Shown here in pieces: positions 42,154 through 50,189 of a DNA stretch of 64,000 bases; positions within the stretch are counted from its first letter, which is position 1, and each line of letters starts with the position of its first letter. The translations under genes and the position numbers were made by a program. The DNA lies in the IMG/VR virus record IMGVR_UViG_3300042455_001086, positions 193,167 through 257,166 of that record; one strand, written 5' to 3'. A model generated the notes under the pieces. That model made no database searches and was not told the origin of the DNA. It worked only from the letters and a program-made list of their open reading frames with translations.

Positions 42154-43190
42154 ATTAATTCTTGTGTAAAAACAATTTCAGCATCTTTTGAGTTGTCATA
42201 CTTTGTTATAACAATTCTTAATGTATCTCCGGTGTTAATTTGTATTTCACTCAGGCTATTACCATAATAATCATCATTTATAAAAGCTTGATATTCATCA
42301 ACATTATTGTTTGCTGATAATTTAAGATTTACGGTATATTCAAAGGTATTAACTGACACCAAATTTCCTATTTTATATTTTGGATTATAGGTTGAAACAA
42401 TTTGAGGTTGTTCTTTTTTTTGTTTTTTTCTTTTTACTCCGGTTTCAGTCTCATACATTTGAAAAGTTCTTGTAATTGCCGGTCTAATTTCAAATTCATC
42501 TTCATCCATTAAAAATCCTTGTAATGTGAATTCATATTTTTGAAGATACACTTTTCTTTTTTCCAAATCCATAACCGATTCATCTTGGATATTACCCATA
42601 ATAATTGGAATATAATGCCCTTTGATTACCTGGTATGCTTGTTTTGAGGCAAACTTTGTAAGAACAATTTGGTTAAATTTATTTAACTCTCTCATTCTAT
42701 TACACACAATAATTACAGTATATTTAATATCAACTGGTATTGGTTGTGGTATTTTATAAATGTCAAAACCATTTCTTTGTCCATCCCAGGTTGGAACCTT
42801 GGCATAATAATATTGTCTTCTTTCCGGAATATTGAGTGTCATTAAAGAGGGGTTGTTTCCGTATGTTACTTCTGGCGACCTAACAACGGCAATAAATGGG
42901 GGTTCAACATTTTTATCAATGTTTTGGAAGTCCCAAGTTTCAGTAAATTGAGCCCAGTTTTGTGTTGTAATTAAAATATCAATCATAGGAACGGTATTAC
43001 CCTCGACAACACATTTCAGTTCATCACGAACAAAATCCAAAAACCCTCTATCCAAATCTGGATGTAATAACGATTTTGGTAGATATGTCCCATCTTGAGA
43101 AATCATATCAGCAATCTCGTGTCTTCTTGGGAGAAGAGTTTTCTTATCTATAAGGTCAATATTTTTTTTAATTTTTTTTGGTAGTCCCAT
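42150..43190 (-). CDS. Tail completion/terminator protein (gp15-like, putative)
   Basis: IPQPIPVDIKYTVIIVCNRMRELN; located between neck gene and sheath; probable start MGLPKK at 43190. Confidence 0.55.
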   Translation of the reverse strand: MGLPKKIKKNIDLIDKKTLLPRRHEIADMISQDGTYLPKSLLHPDLDRGFLDFVRDELKCVVEGNTVPMIDILITTQNWAQFTETWDFQNIDKNVEPPFIAVVRSPEVTYGNNPSLMTLNIPERRQYYYAKVPTWDGQRNGFDIYKIPQPIPVDIKYTVIIVCNRMRELNKFNQIVLTKFASKQAYQVIKGHYIPIIMGNIQDESVMDLEKRKVYLQKYEFTLQGFLMDEDEFEIRPAITRTFQMYETETGVKRKKQKKEQPQIVSTYNPKYKIGNLVSVNTFEYTVNLKLSANNNVDEYQAFINDDYYGNSLSEIQINTGDTLRIVITKYDNSKDAEIVFTQELI

Positions 43191-43191
43191 A

Positions 43192-43709
43192 TTATAATCC
43201 TCTAAATTCGTTAGGTCCAACTGGTGCGGCAATAATAGTTCTATAAAATGGACGGTAACCTTTATATGTGTGTTTTATATCAGATGTAACACGACCATCA
43301 TTCACAACCGTGTAGTATCGAACAAAACTTTCTGTATCATAATACCCAATATAATCTCCAAAATCGATATCAACATCTAAATCTTCGAGAGTTTTTAAAT
43401 AAACAGACATTGTAATATTTCCAGGTTCAAGTTGGTCCATTTTGGTTGATCCCATAAATTTATTTTCAGGTGTCGCAATTCCAACATAAGCGTTAAATTC
43501 AACTGGAGGTAAAAATTTAATACCATCTGAAACTGTTTCACCATAAACATCATCGGTTTTGGTTTTGTTTTTATCGACACGATATAAAACACAGGTATAG
43601 TTCATATCACCGATTAACCATTCCATCCCAAGGCCCACCTCTAAAAAAAAAAATCTTCTTCTCCGAAGAACTTACCAAGCCTTGTTATGGGCACTCTATT
43701 ATTTGACAT
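43192..43709 (-). CDS. Neck/head-closure protein (gp14-like, putative), reading frame broken by a T11 run
   Basis: ATG 43709 MSNNRVPITRLGKFFGEEDF joins LEVGLGMEWLIGDMNYTCVLYRVD only after a +1/-2 nt change in the T run at 43643-43653. Confidence 0.55.
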
Positions 43710-44398
43710 ATAAGTTATGTTTTTTTACAAATTTAAATATAATTTTATTACTACATCCATAAATATTACCTATCTGAACATAGTTTAGTCCATTTATTAA
43801 ATGGTTTTTTATTTCATCAACCACTAAATTATAAATATTAGATTTTGGTTTATATATTTCATATTGTCTTAAATTTTTATTAATTGTGTTTATAGCACAA
43901 TTAAATAAATTACTAATTTCTTTTATAGTTTTATTTTTTATAATATGTGAACTACCCAACCACTAAAGATGGTTGGGCTTCAGGACTCGTAGACTCACCT
44001 AATGGTAACGCCTCCTCCTGTTTTTGTTTAATGTCCGATTCTATTCTATAACCAGACAATATGTTTATTCCTTGTTTCAGGATGTTTTTACCTAATATTG
44101 GATTTATATTACCACCATCAGCAAGGTTAAATAAATCAAAATTTAATTGTCTATATTTTGAAATTTCGTCTATTTCAGCTTGTAATAAATCATCATATGA
44201 TTTACATTCTTTTATTTGTCTAATTATTGGTCTTTTATTTTCATTTTTTAAATCATTAAACCAAGATGCGATAAATTGATTTGTTGGTGATTTTAAATGA
44301 CCGTTTAATCTTCTTTGTAGTCCATTTTTTGTTATACCAATATACTTTAATTCGTTAGTGTCTGGACAAAATAAACCATATAATTCAAACCTATTCAT
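43699..44398 (-). pseudogene. GIY-YIG homing endonuclease gene interrupted by an IS200/IS605 end fragment
   Basis: N-part LYGL..KYIGIT..RRLNGH..E..FNLADGG (44398-44090); C-part with two HTH-like repeats (43699-43946). Confidence 0.7.
43947..44090 (-). mobile_element. IS200/IS605-family right end with tnpB 3' tail (omegaRNA region) remnant
   Basis: Translates KNILKQGINILSG...KQK.EEA...PEAQPSLVVG (TnpB C-terminal tail type); hairpin CCCAACCA-TCTTTAG-TGGTTGGG then TAGTTCAC end; GC-richer than flanks. Confidence 0.7.
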
Positions 44399-44446
44399 TA
44401 TTGATAAATATCATTTTATGATTATTTTTATTTATATCTTGGAATT

Positions 44447-46207
44447 TTGGAAATACAAAAAAAACTGATAGAACATAAAGCCCTTGATTTATTGGACTCA
44501 TATAGTGGGGCCAATAACCATATTCTATATATGAAGACCAAAAAAGAAACTAATAAAAAGTTTTATCCAACAAGAACTCAAGCCGAATATGTTGTAACTT
44601 ATTTTGATACAAAACCAAAGGTTGCAAGAAAGTGGGTTGAACTGGATCCATACTTTGCAAAGAAGTTTGCACAAGAAAGATATTTGTTTGAAACGCCAGA
44701 AAAAGTCTATATTGAAAAGCTACTTGTTGAAAAAGATAAATCATATCATATCTGGGGTAAATTTTTTGAAAAAGACAGTTTGTCCGAATTTTGGGTGCCC
44801 AAGTCGTCCCTTATTAAATCACAAACGGTAGATGATATTGTTATTGATTATTCTAAATACGAACATAGACCTCCACTATCACACCAGAAAGAAGCAATAG
44901 AAAAACTTACAAAATCTAGAAGATTTATTTTAGCTGATGACATGGGCGTCGGAAAGACATGTTCCACAATTATCGCAGCACTTGAGACCAACACAAAAAA
45001 AATTTTGGTAGTTTGTCCTGCGTCACTTAAAATAAATTGGCAACGAGAATTTAACATATATACCAATCGTAGTATTTTTATTGCTGAAGGAAAAAAATTC
45101 TCAACGGAACACGATATTGTAATTGTTAATTATGATATTTTAAAGAACTTTTATGATATTAAAAACCCAAGTGATTCGCCAATTGGTCAAACTAACTTTG
45201 ATTTAATCATATTGGATGAAGCTCATATGGTAAGTAATAGTCAAGCTGCTAGAACAAAAATAATTAATAGTTTTACAAAAAAAGCCAAATATTTGTGGTT
45301 ATTAACGGGAACACCAATGACAAACAGACCAATCAACTATTATAATTTATTAAATTTGATTGAAAGTCCGGTTGCACAAAACTGGATGGCGTATGCTATT
45401 CGTTATTGTCAAGGATTTCAGTTTAGAGCTGGCAATCGAAAAATATGGAATGTAACCGGAGCATCAAATCTGGAAGAATTAAGAGAAAGAACATCAAAAC
45501 AAATTTTAAGAAGATTAAAAGAAGATGTTTTGGATTTACCGGATAAGATTATTACACCCGTATATTTAAGAACATCATCAAAAGAATATAAAGATTTAAT
45601 GGGTGAATATTATGAATGGTTAGAAAATAAAAAAGAAGAATCCTCTTCTCTTACCGTTCAGTTCTCAAAACTTATGAAAGTAAGAAAAGTAATTGCAAAT
45701 GAAAAAGTAAAAGAAACAATTGAATTTGCTCAAAATATTATAGACCAAGGAAAAAAAGTAATAATATTTACAAACTTCACAGATACACTTCAACTTATCC
45801 ATAATCATTTTGGTAAAGAATCGGTATATCTTGATGGTAGTTGTAATAAAGTCCAAAGACAATACGCTGTAGATCAATTCCAAGAAAATGAAAAAATTAA
45901 AGTGTTTGTTGGAAACTTAAAAGCCGCCGGTGTTGGACTTACATTAACTTCAGCCGAAGTTGTAATAATGAACGATTTATCATTTGTTCCCGCAGAACAC
46001 GCACAAGCTGAAGATAGGGCATATCGTTACGGTCAAAAAAATAATGTATTAGTTTATTACCCAGTGTTTATTAATACAATTGAAGGTACGATATATGATA
46101 TTCTAAATAAAAAGAAAAAAATTATCGGAACCGTAATGGGTGATGAGGTCCAAGATACTGGTGATGTTGTGGAAGAAATTTTGAATCTTATAAATAAAAG
46201 ACCTTAA
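44447..46207 (+). CDS. SNF2-family (HARP/SMARCAL1-like) helicase
   Basis: ILADDMGVGKT, DEAH, LTGTP, AAGVGLTL, QAEDRAYRYGQ. Confidence 0.9.
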   Translation: MEIQKKLIEHKALDLLDSYSGANNHILYMKTKKETNKKFYPTRTQAEYVVTYFDTKPKVARKWVELDPYFAKKFAQERYLFETPEKVYIEKLLVEKDKSYHIWGKFFEKDSLSEFWVPKSSLIKSQTVDDIVIDYSKYEHRPPLSHQKEAIEKLTKSRRFILADDMGVGKTCSTIIAALETNTKKILVVCPASLKINWQREFNIYTNRSIFIAEGKKFSTEHDIVIVNYDILKNFYDIKNPSDSPIGQTNFDLIILDEAHMVSNSQAARTKIINSFTKKAKYLWLLTGTPMTNRPINYYNLLNLIESPVAQNWMAYAIRYCQGFQFRAGNRKIWNVTGASNLEELRERTSKQILRRLKEDVLDLPDKIITPVYLRTSSKEYKDLMGEYYEWLENKKEESSSLTVQFSKLMKVRKVIANEKVKETIEFAQNIIDQGKKVIIFTNFTDTLQLIHNHFGKESVYLDGSCNKVQRQYAVDQFQENEKIKVFVGNLKAAGVGLTLTSAEVVIMNDLSFVPAEHAQAEDRAYRYGQKNNVLVYYPVFINTIEGTIYDILNKKKKIIGTVMGDEVQDTGDVVEEILNLINKRP

Positions 46208-46238
46208 TTTCTTTTAAACTTATTGGTATTTATAAATA

Positions 46239-48338
46239 ATGAAACTTACTGTAAAACATATTGATTCTGGTCTTGACCCACAAGACAAGAAAATGTATAA
46301 CGATTTTATTAAATTTATAAATTCAAAATATCCAGTCAATAAAGAACTCGAAATTTTATTTCTTGGTGAGAAAAATGGACATATGTCCACTGGGTCTCAA
46401 AATATGAACGGAGTTATTAAAGTCTTATCCAAAAATAGATTGAACCGTGATATAATGAGAACTCTAGCACACGAATGGGTTCATGCGCATCAAAGATTTG
46501 TTTTAGGTAGAGAAAGAGGTCCGGACATTGGTGGTCAAAATGAAGATGAAGCAAATGCTTTCGCTGGACAATTAATTAAAATGTTTGAAAAAGAATATCC
46601 AGACTATAATGAACTTGTTTTTGAACATTCAAAACCATTAATAAAAAAACTTGATCTTTTAAAAGAAGAAATTCTTAAAACAGAAAAACAAAATTTACAT
46701 AAAGAATTTATTACTGAAATGAAAAAAATTGGTATTGAAAAATTACCATATTCATATTCGGCTATGAAACAATTTGTTGATCCTAAAACAATGGACATTC
46801 ATTACAACAAACATTATAAAGGTTATGTTAAAAAATTAAACGCCGCATTATCAAACAAAAAAGGTGAAATGGAACTTGAGGATATTGTTAAGTCCATATC
46901 AAAATTTGACACAAAAGTAAGAAACAATGCTGGTGGGGCTTTTAACCATGCTTTATTTTGGAAAATGTTGTCACCAAAAAAACAAAAACCAAGCAAATCA
47001 ATTTTAGAAAAAATTAAAAAAGATTTTGGAAATTTAAAAAAATTAAAAGATGAATTTAATTTAATTGCCAAAGATGGTTTTGGTTCTGGTTGGGCTTGGT
47101 TAATTCTTACAAAAAATAATAAATTAAAAATAACTTTTACACCAAACCAAGATAATCCATTGATGGATGTTGTCAAAGGTGGTGGTTTTCCGTTACTAGG
47201 ACTTGATCTTTGGGAACATGCTTATTATTTAAAATATCAAAACAAAAGAGACGAATATATAAATAATTTTTGGAACTATATAAATTGGGATTTTGTTAAT
47301 GATTTATATGAAACGAAATCAAAAAAGAAATTAAACGAATCATTAAGAAAAATTATTGTTGAAAATGATACTATGGATTATGATTTAAAAAAGGCAATGA
47401 GTCGTGAATTACAAAAAATCAGACTTATACCCTTGGATGCCGAATCCGCATCAGAAGCAATTAAAAACATCATAACTGCCGAAACTTCAAGAGGTAATAT
47501 TGATTTTAATAGAACACTTGAAGGTCTTATGTCGCTTAATTTGAGTAATGTATCAGAAAGATCAAAATATAGATTTAATAATTATTTTCAAAGATTTGTA
47601 AAAAGTAAGTCAAGAGGTCTTGATTTTGAAGGTATGGTGGCCGGATTTTTAAATGGTGATCTAGCAACAAGTAATGTTTCACCATTCGATGTCTCAACAC
47701 CAGCTGGTGATAAAATTTCTTGTAAAATCGTTAGAAGTCAAAAAGAACGAATAACACTTAAAAGTATTAAAGAAACATTGGGTCAATATTTAGCCAACTA
47801 TTCTGGTTCTGAAGAAAACAAACAAGAATTGTTAAAGATGAGCCAACAACCAAATTTTCTTAGATTATTGGTAAATCACGAAAATCAAGATTTGAAAAAT
47901 CAAGCCGAAGATATATTGGAATTTTTACTTACAGACATCACCGGGTTGTTGGTTGGTATCCCAAATGAAACAAAAGTTGGAATTGATTTATATTATTATG
48001 ATAAAAATAAAATTATTGATCTTGTTAAAACACCTGGGTTATTAAATGCCGGAAGATCACCAGAAGCACAAACAATATCATTATCAACAAAAATACTTAG
48101 TGGTGATAAAACTATGTCTGGATTTATTCAGTTTCCAGTTTTAACAATGGATGATTATCAATCTTTTTTAATTGGTGATGAAAAAACAAAAGAAGTTTTA
48201 AATTTATTTAATCAACTTGGAAACAAATACGGTGTTCCAAGACTTGGAGACAATTTACCACAAGACATTATTATAGGTTTATCTAAAAATGAAAGATTCA
48301 AGTTAGATCTTAAAAAATTGGTAAATCCAATAAGGTAA
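46239..48338 (+). CDS. Three-domain fusion: zincin-like (HExxH) + Fe/Mn superoxide dismutase + putative PD-(D/E)xK-like domain
   Basis: AHEWVH..EDEANAFAG; KLPYSY, HYNKH, NHALFW, FGSGWAWL, NQDNP, DLWEHAYY; RGLDFEG..PFDV..KISCK. Confidence 0.8.
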   Translation: MKLTVKHIDSGLDPQDKKMYNDFIKFINSKYPVNKELEILFLGEKNGHMSTGSQNMNGVIKVLSKNRLNRDIMRTLAHEWVHAHQRFVLGRERGPDIGGQNEDEANAFAGQLIKMFEKEYPDYNELVFEHSKPLIKKLDLLKEEILKTEKQNLHKEFITEMKKIGIEKLPYSYSAMKQFVDPKTMDIHYNKHYKGYVKKLNAALSNKKGEMELEDIVKSISKFDTKVRNNAGGAFNHALFWKMLSPKKQKPSKSILEKIKKDFGNLKKLKDEFNLIAKDGFGSGWAWLILTKNNKLKITFTPNQDNPLMDVVKGGGFPLLGLDLWEHAYYLKYQNKRDEYINNFWNYINWDFVNDLYETKSKKKLNESLRKIIVENDTMDYDLKKAMSRELQKIRLIPLDAESASEAIKNIITAETSRGNIDFNRTLEGLMSLNLSNVSERSKYRFNNYFQRFVKSKSRGLDFEGMVAGFLNGDLATSNVSPFDVSTPAGDKISCKIVRSQKERITLKSIKETLGQYLANYSGSEENKQELLKMSQQPNFLRLLVNHENQDLKNQAEDILEFLLTDITGLLVGIPNETKVGIDLYYYDKNKIIDLVKTPGLLNAGRSPEAQTISLSTKILSGDKTMSGFIQFPVLTMDDYQSFLIGDEKTKEVLNLFNQLGNKYGVPRLGDNLPQDIIIGLSKNERFKLDLKKLVNPIR

Positions 48339-48358
48339 TATTTATATAAAAAAGAACT

Positions 48359-49483
48359 ATGGCAATTATATCTGAACCAGGAAGGAGCGACCTTTATAAA
48401 AAAGTAAGACATTTACTTGGTGCCCCTTTAAGAAGTGTTGAATTGGAAGACGAACAAATGGATACTCTTCTTGAATTTTCAATTGACGAATATTCACAAT
48501 ATGTTCAAGATTGGTTAATTGAATCTCAATGGTCAGCATTAAATAATTTAAACCTTGATACACAATCTTTATCCAGAGCTTTCACAACAAGAAGTTTGGA
48601 TTATGAAACAAGATATACTTACGCATACTCAAAAATTGTTGGTCTTCAAGCCGGCGGTGATTGGGTATTGAAAAAAGATTATATTCAGTTGGTTAAAGGA
48701 CAACAAATTTATGAAATTCCGGCAAATAGAGAATTAAATGAGATGTTGTGGTTCACGCCACCAGAAATGAATAACTTACTTTTTGATCCTTGGGCATTTG
48801 GTGGTATTGCTGGTGGTGGTATTTCAGGACCAGCAGGTTATGCTCAAGTTGGTAATTTATCTGGTAGTTACTTTTTAATGCCAGCATTTGATATGTTATT
48901 GAGAATGCAAGAAATAAATATTCAAAAAAGAATTATCGCTGGTGAATTAACATATAGAGTAACAGCATTACCAGATGGTAAGAAAGCGGTTCATTTGATG
49001 AACACACCAGGTGGTAAATTTGACTTCGGTAATTCAACATTAATGAAAGGAAAAGTTTGGTATTGGTATTATGATGTTGGTCCGGAAGATAGAGATAAAT
49101 GTTTAAAGGATAATCCAGATATTATCAAATTACCATCTGATGTTCCATTTGACAAAATGAGTTGGCACGACTTAAACAATCCGGCACAAATCTGGGTTAG
49201 AAGGTGGTTTATAGCATATTGCAAAGAAACACTTTCAAAGGTTCGTGGTAAATTTAGTGGTAATTTAAAAACACCAGATGGTGATTTACAACTGGAATGG
49301 CAAACACTAGCGACAGAAGCTAAAGATGAAAAGACAAAATTGATAGATGAATTAATTGGTGCTGAAGGTCGATTAACTAGGTTAAAACCAGAAAAAGTAA
49401 TAGAAAGAGACGCATTAATTGCCGAAAACTTAAATAAATCCCTAAAATTTAGGGCGATGCCAAGACAAATATATGTGATATGA
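48359..49483 (+). CDS. Neck/head completion protein (gp13-like)
   Basis: LGAPLRSVELEDEQMD, WVRRWFIAYCKETLSKVRGKFSG..PDGDLQL. Confidence 0.75.
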   Translation: MAIISEPGRSDLYKKVRHLLGAPLRSVELEDEQMDTLLEFSIDEYSQYVQDWLIESQWSALNNLNLDTQSLSRAFTTRSLDYETRYTYAYSKIVGLQAGGDWVLKKDYIQLVKGQQIYEIPANRELNEMLWFTPPEMNNLLFDPWAFGGIAGGGISGPAGYAQVGNLSGSYFLMPAFDMLLRMQEINIQKRIIAGELTYRVTALPDGKKAVHLMNTPGGKFDFGNSTLMKGKVWYWYYDVGPEDRDKCLKDNPDIIKLPSDVPFDKMSWHDLNNPAQIWVRRWFIAYCKETLSKVRGKFSGNLKTPDGDLQLEWQTLATEAKDEKTKLIDELIGAEGRLTRLKPEKVIERDALIAENLNKSLKFRAMPRQIYVI

Positions 49484-49851
49484 TAAAGGTTGAAAATTTA
49501 ACACCCAGAAAAAATGTTGTTAGATACCAAACACAAACAGTTGTTGAACCGAAAGTGGTCATTGAAACCCCAAAGGAGGTTTGTAAAGTAATTTCTGAAA
49601 CACAATATGTAACAAATGATGAAACTTTTTTAATTGTAAAAGAAGTTGATTATTCTGAAGTTACTTTAAATTCTAATATATCTACAAAAATTACAATAAA
49701 ATCATTAACAAGTGTTTTAGTTAAATCAGATGTTGGTTCTATTGACGAAGAATGGGATGAACTCCTTTTAGAAAAAGGAGCTTGTGTTCAATTCCAATTT
49801 GTTGAGGGTAACTGGTATGTTAAAGCAAGTGATGGTCTAAAGATGGGTTAG
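49480..49851 (+). CDS. Hypothetical protein
   Basis: 123-aa ORF overlapping the neck gene stop (ATGA). Confidence 0.65.
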   Translation: MIKVENLTPRKNVVRYQTQTVVEPKVVIETPKEVCKVISETQYVTNDETFLIVKEVDYSEVTLNSNISTKITIKSLTSVLVKSDVGSIDEEWDELLLEKGACVQFQFVEGNWYVKASDGLKMG

Positions 49852-50009
49852 ATTATCTTTGATCCTTTACTCAAATTTTCTTTAGCCCATAGTGGTTGTA
49901 GATTTGTGTAATGACAAAGCTTGTAAATTTCTTCTTCGTTTTTTGCCGATGATAGTGGTATTATGTGGTCAATATGCCAACCATAAAATCCATAATTATC
50001 CCAAAACAT
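49848..50009 (-). pseudogene. C-terminal remnant of HNH homing endonuclease
   Basis: [47 protein letters not shown]. Confidence 0.7.
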
Positions 50010-50142
50010 ACTCTCTAACTAATCTTTCAATTAATGTTGAGACCTTGTGACCGTCATCTTTTATTTTTTGATAAAGTTTAGGATCTAAACTTATACCAAA
50101 TTTTATTTTTTTATCTTCTTGGTTAATTTTTGGTCTCCCCAT
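49996..50142 (-). CDS. 48-aa putative RHH-type DNA-binding protein
   Basis: [45 protein letters not shown]; TATTTAT immediately upstream. Confidence 0.5.
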   Translation of the reverse strand: MGRPKINQEDKKIKFGISLDPKLYQKIKDDGHKVSTLIERLVREYVLG

Positions 50143-50189
50143 AATATAAATATCTGTCAGTTTATTAAAGTTTCACTTTTATTAAAAAA

